In this document: piece by piece, positions 8,125-18,423 of the stretch
Layout: each line of letters starts with the position of its first letter
Position numbering within the stretch: position 1 is the first letter of the stretch
NCBI GenBank assembly: GCA_012730105.1
Contig: JAAYBJ010000013.1
Span: 7,288 to 71,287 of the forward strand
Source: Candidatus Hydrogenedentota bacterium
GTDB lineage: Bacteria; Hydrogenedentota; Hydrogenedentia; Hydrogenedentales; CAITNO01
Length of the DNA: 64,000 nucleotides
Direction: 5' to 3'
Program-made: the position numbers and the translations under genes
The notes under the pieces: model-generated
What the model was told of the DNA's origin: nothing
The model's database searches: none
What the model saw: only the letters and a program-made list of their open reading frames with translations

Positions 8125-8151
8125 AACCACGTTAAAAAGGAGAATGTGAAC

Positions 8152-8856
<705 letters not shown>

Positions 8857-8885
8857 TAACAGGTCTCTAAATCCATCGAAGACCG

Positions 8886-8926
8886 ACCGTTCAGGCGCCT
8901 TCAAAGGTATTCTGAACGGTTTTTTT
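8886..8926 (+). terminator. Rho-independent terminator after aqpZ
   Basis: A perfect 9-bp stem ACCGTTCAG / CTGAACGGT with a 17-nt loop is followed by TTTTTT. Confidence 0.7.
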
Positions 8927-9146
8927 ATACACTGAATACTTTGTACAGGGGTATAGAGCATACGATTATTGCGGGCATTTAATTTCAGCGCCTACGAGGA
9001 GAAATGTCCTTGCCGCCTGTCCCGCCCTGCCTGTTTCCGGCAGGTTTTAGAAGAATAGATCTGCCATATTATGCAAGCGCATGGAACAGCAGGGTATTCC
9101 TCTTCGTTGGATGCCTGACATGGACCTTCCGGAACGCTCAGCAGCG

Positions 9147-9956
9147 TTAATCCCGTTCCATCTGCCAGGGCAACACGGCAGCGAACCAGATGACAAAGAG
9201 CGTCAGCCCCCATATGGCCATATGTTCCAGCACGGGAAATGACTGGAGCCCGTCCACTGCGGCTTCCCAATAGGTTTTCGTTTCTTCGCTGGAAGAACGC
9301 ACGGCAGCATACAGCGCCCCGTAGAGATACCCCCAGTCAATCCGGTATCCGGCTGCAATGAAGATGGGAATCGTGACTGAAAAGGGACCCATCAGTTTCA
9401 GGTAGGGAAGACTTCCCGCATCGCTGAAGCTGCCCCGGGCAAACATGTCGTAAAGCAGCAGCACCGCATGCCAGATAATACCCGTGCCAAATCCTATCGC
9501 GATAGTTACGGCCACTCTCAAGTGTATGTGGCGCCATTCCCAAGAACCAAGGACTTCGCCGCGCGCGTCGGGGAAGATGCCGGTCAGGATGATTGCAATA
9601 CAGCCCATAATGAAAAAGAGCGAGCCCACCCAGGCGCCCACTTCCGATACGGCGGCCACTTTGCTGCGGATATAGAGGATGATCGGGATCATGGCCGCTC
9701 CGCAATACACCATGGCCAGGGTAAACAGCCAGTAGTATTGGGGATTATGCCCTTTGTCAAAACTGCCCAAGGCGCTGAGCGTGTGCGTTGTGATCGAATA
9801 AGGATGCTGGGAGGTATATCCCCGCCACGCGAAATACACCAGCACCCAGTACCCCACTGCCAGCAAAGCAAGATGCAAGCGGATTTCGGCCGGATTATGC
9901 CGACCGGTTAAGCATCGTTTCACGGTTTCCATAAGTGTTTCGATTACTCTGTACAA
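9147..9956 (-). CDS. Polytopic membrane protein of unknown function (DUF998-like by appearance)
   Basis: 269 aa with about 6-7 hydrophobic helices and coding-like composition. No catalytic motif recognised. Confidence 0.55.
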   Translation of the reverse strand: MYRVIETLMETVKRCLTGRHNPAEIRLHLALLAVGYWVLVYFAWRGYTSQHPYSITTHTLSALGSFDKGHNPQYYWLFTLAMVYCGAAMIPIILYIRSKVAAVSEVGAWVGSLFFIMGCIAIILTGIFPDARGEVLGSWEWRHIHLRVAVTIAIGFGTGIIWHAVLLLYDMFARGSFSDAGSLPYLKLMGPFSVTIPIFIAAGYRIDWGYLYGALYAAVRSSSEETKTYWEAAVDGLQSFPVLEHMAIWGLTLFVIWFAAVLPWQMERD

Positions 9957-10191
9957 AATGTTGTGAATATTACAGCAAGCATTATTTTATCAAAAATCAC
10001 AGATGACAGAAATACCCCGTTCCCGATATCCCTATGTTTCAACAAGACTGGGGGCCTGGAGGGACTCAATGGGAACGTGCACAAGAAATGTAGGTGGTAT
10101 ACTATCCTTTGTTTTGACCGCAATTCTTGTCATAATGTTTCATACCCTAAGGTTATCAGATGGATGGCCTTGTAACATGGAGATACCATTA

Positions 10192-11403
10192 ATGGGAAGG
10201 GTTTCACGCAAAACTATCGCGGGCATGGTTTTCTTTTCTGTTCCCTTGTGGACGATACTGTATCCTGAAATGGCCTACGTGGAAACGGTAATCCCGCCCG
10301 GAGATTCCCCGGTCATGAACACTACCCCGCAGCCATCATTCACACCGGTTGTTCGCGGCAAAATTATTTTGGCACGTTCCGATAACGAATGGATGTCGCA
10401 GCAAATCGAAGAACCTTGCAGTGTGCCCAATCCTAAGATTCCGGGCAGGCTGGTCATGTTTTACGGGGCCGTGCCCGCGTCAAACAGGAATTTCGCGGCC
10501 ATAGGCAAGGCCTGGGCAGAAACCAAGAACCCGTTCCGGTGGCATCAGGACGAGGCGAATCCTGTCTTTGTGCCGTCCGAAGCGGGCTGGGACTCTGGAA
10601 CCATCCGCTTGGACACGGTTCTCTACCTCCCAGAGGAGGACGCCTACTATATTTATTACTCAGGCACCAAGGGCACCTGTCAGGACCATATCGGTTTGGC
10701 CATTTGCCCCGCCGGCGATGACGGGTATTCGGCAATCACTCCGGAGAACATTTCCCGCTACGGCGACGCGCCGGTGCTTGCCCCAAAACCGGACGCACCC
10801 TATTATGAAGAGATGGCGTCCCAATCGGCCGTAATGCGGGAATGGAACGCCAAAACAGGCTGCTGGGACTGGTACATGTATTACTCCTACCGGGGCAAAG
10901 ACGGGGTTCTGCCCGGTATTCGCATGGCGACTTCCCGGGATGGAAAGACCTGGACGCGCCGATTCAATACCGATGATCCGCGGGGTATGGGACAGATTTT
11001 CGAATCCACCCCAAACGCCTATTACGAATGGCACCAAGTTTTTAAGATAGACAACACCTATGTGCTATCCATTGAGGTGGGCGTGGAACACGGCGCGCGC
11101 TGGCGCACTGGCCTGGCGGTCAGCACGAACCCGTTACAAGGATGGACACAACTGGACCTAGATACCGTGCTCCAGACCCAGTGGCTGGGATTGTATGATG
11201 ACCGCAGCCTGTACCATGTCGCCACGCCGGCTTTTTACCGGATAGAAGGCCAATGGTATTTGTTTATCCAGGCGTGCGGACGTCCGACCAACGACAACTA
11301 TATTGACGGCGGCTGGGAGATGTGGGCTGTTGCCTGCGATCGGCGCATTCCCACGCGGCCCGGCTGCGCCGAACTCTTCATCCCGGGATCACCCGCATTG
11401 TAG
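10192..11403 (+). CDS. Secreted glycoside-hydrolase-like protein, five-bladed beta-propeller type (GH43/GH130/GH32-like; family not resolved)
   Basis: GGAG lies 8 nt upstream of the ATG at 10192, followed by a signal peptide. Blade-like segments are LVMFYGAV, YYIYYSG, IGLAICP, WYMYYSYRG, IRMATSRDGKTW and LAVSTNP. Confidence 0.5.
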   Translation: MGRVSRKTIAGMVFFSVPLWTILYPEMAYVETVIPPGDSPVMNTTPQPSFTPVVRGKIILARSDNEWMSQQIEEPCSVPNPKIPGRLVMFYGAVPASNRNFAAIGKAWAETKNPFRWHQDEANPVFVPSEAGWDSGTIRLDTVLYLPEEDAYYIYYSGTKGTCQDHIGLAICPAGDDGYSAITPENISRYGDAPVLAPKPDAPYYEEMASQSAVMREWNAKTGCWDWYMYYSYRGKDGVLPGIRMATSRDGKTWTRRFNTDDPRGMGQIFESTPNAYYEWHQVFKIDNTYVLSIEVGVEHGARWRTGLAVSTNPLQGWTQLDLDTVLQTQWLGLYDDRSLYHVATPAFYRIEGQWYLFIQACGRPTNDNYIDGGWEMWAVACDRRIPTRPGCAELFIPGSPAL

Positions 11404-11430
11404 TATGCGCCTTGAAACACTTCAGGGTGT

Positions 11431-12588
11431 TTACAGTTCCACCATCCGCTGGAACTTTTTAGACAGTTTTTCCACACCCGTTTTGGTAACACGCACACCG
11501 TTTTCCCAGCGCAGGCCGAAATCCTGATCCTGGAAGAAGGTGTCCACCTGAAACATCATGTTCTCCCGAAGCCTGTAGGCCGAGGTGGATTCGAGCCAAG
11601 GACGCTCCACTTCCATCATGCCGATACCATGGCAGGGGCCGTAGAGCATGTACTGCCTGAACCCACGGCTCTCAACAAATGCTTCATATTCCCGGACGAT
11701 TTCGGCCGCCTCCTTGCCGCCCTTCATGAGTTCATAAGTTTTAAGATGGGCCTCAAGGCCGAACTCAACCAGGCGTTTCTTGCGGGGCGGCAGTTTGCCT
11801 ATGCAACAGGGCACGCCGACACTTGAGGAATAGCCCCCGACGCGGGCGCCGATGTTCAACTGAATGACCTCATTGCGCTTGATTTTGTTATGGGTGGGAC
11901 GGGAGATGGCGTGTTTCGTTCCGGGCCCGCAGAAACAGTAGAGGGCGTGGCCTTCATATTCGCCGCCGTTCTTATAAATTTCCCGCTGGGCGATACCAAT
12001 CACCTGCAGTTCCGTCATGCCGGGCTTGATCTCTCCCAGGATGGCATCAATGGCGCGTTCGCTGACACTGTACGCCTTCTTCATCAATCGCACCTCTTTG
12101 GCACTCTTGATGATGCGCAGACTTACCAGCGTGTCGTCTGCCTTGACCAGTTCCGTTCCGGGAAATTCCCGCTGCAAGCCGAAATAGACGGGGAGCGGCA
12201 TAATGGAGAACCCGACCAAGCCGAGTTTCTTCAGCGGCCGGCCTCCCATGGCCATTTTGGCGACGCGGGCATAGTTCGCCACGGGAATGCCCGGATATTC
12301 CGGATCGGCCGACTCGCGGTATTCCACCATCATGGCGATATCGGGAATAACACTGCGGCCCTGCGCGTACGCTTCGCTTTCCGGTCCAATAATCAGCACC
12401 GGCTTTCCTTTCGCGGGCACGAACACCCCCGCCGATTCAAAGGTCGGCCAGTATTCCGTAAGGTACCGGACGTTCGCGAAATCGGCTTCGTTGGAATGGA
12501 CGAGCGCCGCGTCCAATCCCGCCGCGCGAATATTCTGCTGAAACTTCTTCAGTCGCTCCAGATACTCCGTAACGGGAATCGCCTCCAT
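11431..12588 (-). CDS. M24 family metallopeptidase (Xaa-Pro aminopeptidase/creatinase-like)
   Basis: A creatinase-type N-domain is followed by a pita-bread domain with GHALYCFCG and CHGIGMMEVERP. Confidence 0.8.
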   Translation of the reverse strand: MEAIPVTEYLERLKKFQQNIRAAGLDAALVHSNEADFANVRYLTEYWPTFESAGVFVPAKGKPVLIIGPESEAYAQGRSVIPDIAMMVEYRESADPEYPGIPVANYARVAKMAMGGRPLKKLGLVGFSIMPLPVYFGLQREFPGTELVKADDTLVSLRIIKSAKEVRLMKKAYSVSERAIDAILGEIKPGMTELQVIGIAQREIYKNGGEYEGHALYCFCGPGTKHAISRPTHNKIKRNEVIQLNIGARVGGYSSSVGVPCCIGKLPPRKKRLVEFGLEAHLKTYELMKGGKEAAEIVREYEAFVESRGFRQYMLYGPCHGIGMMEVERPWLESTSAYRLRENMMFQVDTFFQDQDFGLRWENGVRVTKTGVEKLSKKFQRMVEL

Positions 12589-12857
12589 GGGAATCTCCTC
12601 CTTCTCATCTTGTCCTTAATGCCGTTATCACAACCTTCTTACATTTGTGTAAATGATTCGTTTGACTCTATCAAAGGTCTTGGATTCCAGTCAATTTTCA
12701 GGAACCCCCGGCAATCACATAACTTAAAATTAATGCGTTTGCGCAAGCCATGCCGCGGCGGTTATGATGATCTTGAACGCGGTTTGTGGACAGGGTTTAT
12801 TTTCGTGACAGAAACGGGTCAGCCGGCTTTAATACACCAACAGATGGGAAGCCTTTT

Positions 12858-14342
12858 ATGACAAGTTTTTCCTGGGTAGACGGCGGCATTGTGGGCGTTT
12901 ATCTCTTGGCCACCATGGTGGCCGGGATCGCGGTTCGCAAGTATGTGGGCAAGGTGGAACATTACCTGATCGCCGGCCGGGAGATGAACCTGTATCTAGG
13001 CATTGCCTCGCTGGCCGCCACGGAGTTCGGGATTGTCACCTGCATGTATACCGCGCAAAGCGGATATGTGAACGGCTTCTCCGGGGCAATCCCCGGGGTG
13101 CTCGCCGCGCTTTCCATGTTTTTCGTGGGGTACACCGGCTTCTGCGTGAAACCCTTGCGCGATGCGGGTGTGATGACGATTCCCGAGTTGTTTGAACTTC
13201 GTTTCGGGAAACGCATCCGCTGGCTAAGCGGGGTGGTGATTGTGCTGGGCGGCTTGCTCAACATGGGCGTCTTTCTACGCACAGGCGGTGATTTTTTGGT
13301 CACCGTATGCGGGTTTGACGCGAAATATCTTGAAATCACCATGACGGCGCTCCTGGTATTTGTTGCCGTATACACCATCCTCGGGGGCATGCTTTCCGTA
13401 CTGGTCACCGATTTCCTTCAGTTCGTGGTAATGAGCGCGGGACTTCTTGCGGTAACGCTTCTTATCCTGGTCAATGTCGGCTGGGGGCGTCTGACAGATG
13501 TGGTGGAACAGCACTACGGGGCCGGCGGTTTCAATCCTTTTGTGCACCCCAAAATGGGCTGGGAATTTGTCGTGGCCAATGCCATGCTGAGTGTGGCAAT
13601 GGTATTGACCTGGCAGACCACCATTCAACGCCTGCTGGCGGCCAAAGATACGAAAACAGGGCAGCAGGTATACACCCGTACCAGTTTCTTTTTCCTGTGC
13701 CGCTGGCTGATTCCCGTGGTTTGGGGAATCGCTGCCCTGGCCGTGCTCAGTCCGGAAGAGGTCGGCGACAACACGCTCATGGCCATGCCCAAAATGCTGA
13801 GCCGGATTGTCCCGATGGGACTCATGGGCATCCTGGTTGCCGCCATGCTGGCCGCCGACATGTCCACAGACGCCTCCTACATGCTAACCTGGTCAAGCGT
13901 CATTTACAATGATCTTCTCGCGCCCTTCCACAAAGGACAATGGACGGAAAAGCGCGGGCTCATCGTCAGCCGGGCCATTGTGGCCCTTATAGGCATCTTC
14001 CTGCTGATTTACGGGCTGTGGTACCCCCTGCGCGGCAACCTCTGGGACTACCTCACCGTCACGGCAAATATTTACCTGTCAAGCATGGTCATTCTGCTCA
14101 TTGCCTGCTGCTACTGGAAACGTTCCAACAGTTGGGGCGCCGCAGGGGCCATCCTGTTCGGGGCGGCCATACCGACCGCTTTCCTAGTTTTGGAGCAGGT
14201 TCCGGCTACAAGTCATTTCGCGCGGAACATTGTCGGTCCCCATTTTTCGAACATTGCCACGTACCTGATTGCGGGCGCGGCCATGGTGGTCGGATCCCTG
14301 TTGAAACCACGCAAACCTGAAGCAATGACGAAAGGTTCCTGA
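12858..14342 (+). CDS. Sodium:solute symporter family (SSF) transporter
   Basis: About 13 TM helices. N-terminus VGVYLLATMVAGIAVRKY..IAGREMNL is typical of the SSF family. The ATG at 12858 replaces the track start at 12786. Confidence 0.85.
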   Translation: MTSFSWVDGGIVGVYLLATMVAGIAVRKYVGKVEHYLIAGREMNLYLGIASLAATEFGIVTCMYTAQSGYVNGFSGAIPGVLAALSMFFVGYTGFCVKPLRDAGVMTIPELFELRFGKRIRWLSGVVIVLGGLLNMGVFLRTGGDFLVTVCGFDAKYLEITMTALLVFVAVYTILGGMLSVLVTDFLQFVVMSAGLLAVTLLILVNVGWGRLTDVVEQHYGAGGFNPFVHPKMGWEFVVANAMLSVAMVLTWQTTIQRLLAAKDTKTGQQVYTRTSFFFLCRWLIPVVWGIAALAVLSPEEVGDNTLMAMPKMLSRIVPMGLMGILVAAMLAADMSTDASYMLTWSSVIYNDLLAPFHKGQWTEKRGLIVSRAIVALIGIFLLIYGLWYPLRGNLWDYLTVTANIYLSSMVILLIACCYWKRSNSWGAAGAILFGAAIPTAFLVLEQVPATSHFARNIVGPHFSNIATYLIAGAAMVVGSLLKPRKPEAMTKGS

Positions 14343-14344
14343 TC

Positions 14345-14485
14345 ATGAACGGACACTGGTTCTGGTGGATTGCGACCATGGCATGCGTACTTTGGTATTC
14401 ATCGGTCACCATCTATGTCGCCATTCGGGGCGTCATGGACATCAAGGGCATGCTGCAGCGCTTGAAAAATCCCGAAAAGCAATGA
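14345..14485 (+). CDS. 46-aa single-TM small protein, possible symporter accessory subunit (below the ORF-track cutoff)
   Basis: The sequence is MNGHWFWWIATMACVLWYSSVTIYVAIRGVMDIKGMLQRLKNPEKQ. GAAAGG lies about 9 nt upstream, and the ORF starts 2 nt after the symporter stop. Confidence 0.4.
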   Translation: MNGHWFWWIATMACVLWYSSVTIYVAIRGVMDIKGMLQRLKNPEKQ

Positions 14486-14531
14486 ACCGACTGTTTTGAT
14501 CCGGTATGTTCCTGAACCACGAAAGGACATC

Positions 14532-16925
14532 ATGAACGCTATGTCCATGCAAGAAAGTCTTTACGTTAGATCTGTATTCATGGTCTTCCTTGCCGCCCTG
14601 CTTTTTCCCGGCTTGGCACCGGCACAGACTCAACCCGGTATTACCACCCAGGAATTCGCCCGCGAAGTTGAAAGCGTTCTCCCCGAAGAGGCGCCTTACG
14701 CCTATCATCAGCGGCTTTCTCAAGCCCCTGTGCACACGCTGACACGAGACCCTGAGGTCGAAGCCCAACCCAATGAACTGGCGCTTCCGGAACAGGGCTG
14801 GAAACTGGTCTGGAATAAGAACAGCTCCGTTGTGCTGGGCAATGCCGTTCAGGACTTTCAGGATTACTTAATGGTGTCCATGGGAGTCACAGTAACGCCG
14901 GACGGCAGGGATTCCCTGGAAGACTGGCAGGATCTGAGCCGCTGCATTATAGTGGGAACACGGGACCAACTGCCCGGATGCGGAACGGAACTCTCCGGTC
15001 CCAAGGATTATGCACTCATTGCAGGACAGGAACGGCTGGTCGTATGCGGCTACGATGAGCGGGGAGCCATGTTCGGTCTCTATAACATGGAAGCGCGGAT
15101 GGACTTGCGCGGAGGCCCTTTCCTGCCCGGAGACCTCAAAACGGTGCGTCACAGCCTCTATGACACGCGCATGGTCCATTCCTGGATGGGGTGGATGGAA
15201 TGGCCCGACACCCTGTTCGCCCACCTGGCCCACGATGGTTTTGACGGCATCTTCGCCTCTTGTTATGCCAACCCGAACGGGGACCGCACCGCGGCGGAAA
15301 CCGCCACCGAGTTTTACGGCCGTATGCTCTTTCTCACCCGCGGGCAGGATCCCGGGCGCATGCGCAACCTGATCGACCGGGCATCCCGCTTCGGCTTGAA
15401 GGTGTACGCCCCAGTCATTTATCAATACCTGGGCACCCCGGAAAGCGAGAAGGGCTTGCGCCTCCTGATGCGGGATATCCTCAAACAGTTCCCTGACATT
15501 TCCGGGTATATCCTGCTTACGGAAGGTTTCTGGTACAAGCAATGGGGCGGTTATCACGGCGCGAGCAAGGAAACGGTACAGGATTGGGCAAGAAACTGGA
15601 GCCGAGCCGTGGCTATTGTCACGGAAGAGTGTCATGCCGTCAATCCTGCCATAGAGGTATTGCCCTGGGAATACAACATCGACTTCCGCCCGCAAAACGC
15701 CGAGGTGAAACAGTATTTCATACAGCAGTTGCCGGGCGACTCCATCCCTCTGCTGACTTGGGAAAACGGCAAAAGTTTCAAACTAGAGGGCATGCAGGGA
15801 TACCTGCGCGACTACTCCCTGAACCAGATCGGACCGGCGGAAGTGACCGAGGCCCAGATTGGCGAGGCGCGACGAAGAAACATGAAGGTCTACAGCAAGG
15901 CCGACACGTTCGCGTCGTGGCAGTACGGGACCATCCCCTACCTCCCCTTTCCCTATCAGTGGCATGAACGGTATCAGGCTCTGGAAAAGCACGGGGTGAA
16001 CGGCACGCTGGAAAGCTGGAGTTCCGGCTACACCCCGAATTTAATGACCCATCTCCGGGCATGGACCTGCTGGAGCGATGCGCCCCCCTTTGAGGAACTA
16101 CTGGGCGCCCATGCCTCGCGCTATTTCGGGGAAAACAACCGGGATTCTGTCCTCCGGGCTTGGGATTGCTTCAGCCAAGCCATTCGGCTGGTTCCCGACA
16201 CCGGGCCGAATTTTGGCACCAATAATGCCGTCGGCAATCCTATTTTCTTTCAGGAACCGCCATTGCGAACCATGACCTTCAAGTATTCCTGGACCGATTA
16301 TGACAAGTGGAAGGGATACCTGGGCGCCCAGATCAACCCGTACTGGCCCTTTACGGTCACGCGCATGGTCTTTTTCCCGGATTTCACGAACCAGGTGAAT
16401 ATGGCGGAGAACTACGCCCGGGGAGCCACCGGCGTGGAAGCCGGCCCGGAAACAAATCTGCTGCCGCTCTTTCTCAAGTACCTTCGCGAGGCGGCGGACC
16501 TGATGGAAACGGGGTTGAAACAGTACCGTGCCGCAGCCCTGGGCAGCCCGGCATCCACGCGCGAACAGGCCGTGCGTGAAGTGGTTGTAGCCGAGCAGCT
16601 GCACAGGATGATGCAAAGCGACGGCGCCATCCTGGAGTTTGAAGACCTGCGCCTGCAATTGGAGGCGGAAAAGGATTCGGGAAAAGCGATACCCTTGCTT
16701 GACCGGATGGAGGCCCTTCTTCGCGAGGAAATAGAGCGCACGGAATTGGCCTTATTGGCGGCTTCCCGGGATTCACGGCTCGGATTTCAGTACGAACAGG
16801 ACTACGTGTATACGCCCTATTCTTTGAGTGAAAAACTGGCGCTGATGCGCGAAACGCTCGTAAAACAACTGCCTGCCCGGCGCGACACCTTGCTTTCCGC
16901 ACCCGTCACCCCACCCACGGAATAG
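14532..16925 (+). CDS. Large secreted glycosidase-like protein of unknown family (paralogue 1)
   Basis: It has a signal peptide, an N-terminal alpha/beta domain resembling GH20b/GH67N (LVVCGYDERGAMFGLYNME) and TIM-barrel-like blocks. The helical C-terminus ends SRLGFQYEQDYVYTPYSLSEKL. It shares blocks with 21068..23371. Confidence 0.6.
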   Translation: MNAMSMQESLYVRSVFMVFLAALLFPGLAPAQTQPGITTQEFAREVESVLPEEAPYAYHQRLSQAPVHTLTRDPEVEAQPNELALPEQGWKLVWNKNSSVVLGNAVQDFQDYLMVSMGVTVTPDGRDSLEDWQDLSRCIIVGTRDQLPGCGTELSGPKDYALIAGQERLVVCGYDERGAMFGLYNMEARMDLRGGPFLPGDLKTVRHSLYDTRMVHSWMGWMEWPDTLFAHLAHDGFDGIFASCYANPNGDRTAAETATEFYGRMLFLTRGQDPGRMRNLIDRASRFGLKVYAPVIYQYLGTPESEKGLRLLMRDILKQFPDISGYILLTEGFWYKQWGGYHGASKETVQDWARNWSRAVAIVTEECHAVNPAIEVLPWEYNIDFRPQNAEVKQYFIQQLPGDSIPLLTWENGKSFKLEGMQGYLRDYSLNQIGPAEVTEAQIGEARRRNMKVYSKADTFASWQYGTIPYLPFPYQWHERYQALEKHGVNGTLESWSSGYTPNLMTHLRAWTCWSDAPPFEELLGAHASRYFGENNRDSVLRAWDCFSQAIRLVPDTGPNFGTNNAVGNPIFFQEPPLRTMTFKYSWTDYDKWKGYLGAQINPYWPFTVTRMVFFPDFTNQVNMAENYARGATGVEAGPETNLLPLFLKYLREAADLMETGLKQYRAAALGSPASTREQAVREVVVAEQLHRMMQSDGAILEFEDLRLQLEAEKDSGKAIPLLDRMEALLREEIERTELALLAASRDSRLGFQYEQDYVYTPYSLSEKLALMRETLVKQLPARRDTLLSAPVTPPTE

Positions 16926-17001
16926 ATACCTTTTGTAACCTAAAATATGCAGTGGTCTATCCGAGATCCCTAATTACGTTATACGTGAAAGGATATTCAC
17001 C

Positions 17002-18144
17002 ATGTTCACGCATCGTTTTCACCGTTGTTACGGCACGGTACCGTCCGGAGCACTGTTCTTCCCGGTCTGTGCGCTCTTCTTTCTAGCCGTGACCATTTGG
17101 ACCTTTGCGGAAGCACCCGTGTTTGAAGACACGTGCCTCGTGCCGCTGCCAAAGGGGACCTATGGCTATCGCGGCATGCCGGGAAGCGCGGCGGAACTTG
17201 GTGACGGGCGTTTGTTGCTCTGTTATACGGCCATGACCCCGGAGGGCCAGTCAAAGGGCGCCATTGCCGGCAGGTATTCAAACGACCGGGGCAAAAGCTG
17301 GGGAGAGGAATTCACCCTTCTGGCCCGACCCAAGCCCGAGGGACAGGATTATTATTGCCATCCCAGCCTGCTGCGCCTGGCCAACGGCCACCTGCTGTTT
17401 TCCATCATCTACGGTTCCGGGGCCACCCCGTTGTTCGGCCACAACTATTATCGGCGTTCCGTGGATGACGGGGCCACCTGGGGCGACCAGTTTATCGTCA
17501 CGCCCCACCCCGGGTACAACATCATCCACAACGACAAATTCATTCAATTGTCGTCCGGCAGAATTATCGCGCCCATTGAATTCGAACTGATCACCAGCGG
17601 CGATGATCACGCGGGGTATGTCAGTTACACGGTATATTCCGATGACAACGGCTATAGCTGGCGCGAAAGCGCGAACATGGTGAACATGCTGCCCGTGGAG
17701 GCCCAAGAACCGCATGTCGTTGAACTGAAGGACAGCCGGTTGATGATGCTTATGCGCACCTACAGCGGCTACGTGGCGCGCGCCTATTCGGACAACCGAG
17801 GTGAATCCTGGTCCGAGGGACAGCCCGTTCCGGAATTAAAGCTGCCGCCCAACTCCTCAGCCCTGAACATCAAGCGCATTCCTAAAACGGGCGACCTGCT
17901 GCTGCTTCGAAGCACCGGTCCGGGGATTGAACAGCCCGGTCGCAGAACCCCCTTTGTATCCATACTCTCCCGTGACGACGGCAATTCCTGGGAGAATGAA
18001 CGGGTGATCATGGGCGACCCGGAGGATGACTACGGGTATCCCAGCCTTCTTTTTGTGGATGACACGGCCATCATCAGCTATCACCAGCGCGACGGGCTCC
18101 ACGTTTTGCGCGTAGGAGTTGACTGGTTTTATGGTAACCCATAA
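17002..18144 (+). CDS. BNR/Asp-box beta-propeller, sialidase (GH33)-like
   Basis: Five Asp-boxes are present: SNDRGKSWG, SVDDGATWG, SDDNGYSW, SDNRGESW and SRDDGNSW. There is an RIP-like YRGMP near the N-terminus and an AAAGGA RBS. Confidence 0.75.
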   Translation: MFTHRFHRCYGTVPSGALFFPVCALFFLAVTIWTFAEAPVFEDTCLVPLPKGTYGYRGMPGSAAELGDGRLLLCYTAMTPEGQSKGAIAGRYSNDRGKSWGEEFTLLARPKPEGQDYYCHPSLLRLANGHLLFSIIYGSGATPLFGHNYYRRSVDDGATWGDQFIVTPHPGYNIIHNDKFIQLSSGRIIAPIEFELITSGDDHAGYVSYTVYSDDNGYSWRESANMVNMLPVEAQEPHVVELKDSRLMMLMRTYSGYVARAYSDNRGESWSEGQPVPELKLPPNSSALNIKRIPKTGDLLLLRSTGPGIEQPGRRTPFVSILSRDDGNSWENERVIMGDPEDDYGYPSLLFVDDTAIISYHQRDGLHVLRVGVDWFYGNP

Positions 18145-18184
18145 GTCGTCACTGCGGGCCTTGCCTTTAACGATTTATAGTACG

Positions 18185-18314
18185 CATGCTCATGTCTCAT
18201 GCTCATGTCTCATGCTCGTATCTCGTGCTCGTGTCTCGTGCTCGTAATCGGAAACAACGTAAAACAGAAATCTGATTACGAAGCACGTTTACGAAACACG
18301 TTTACGAAACACGA
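18185..18314. repeat. 5 x 13-bp tandem array, 26-bp spacer, then 3 x 13-bp array in roughly inverted orientation
   Basis: Position 18185-18249 reads catgctcatgtct x2, catgctcgtatct, cgtgctcgtgtct, cgtgctcgtaatc. Position 18276-18314 reads ttacgaagcacgt, ttacgaaacacgt, ttacgaaacacga. It lies between convergent genes. Confidence 0.85.
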
Positions 18315-18423
18315 GGCATAATCTTCGTGTTCACAAAAATTTGGGAAACATATTGAACTTCGTTTTTAAAGGCTAAACACCGATACTCTAGTGAAATAGA
18401 GGCCCTCGTTTAACAAAAGACAA

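Noticed and set aside
7990-8151. N-terminal extensions of track ORFs: aqpZ from 7990, the GH-like gene from 10003, the symporter from 12786, the Kelch gene from 19250, BNR2 to 19671, GH2 to 33666, and others
   Set aside because: Internal starts are preceded by Shine-Dalgarno sequences and followed directly by signal peptides or conserved N-termini. The upstream parts overlap neighbouring genes or promoters.
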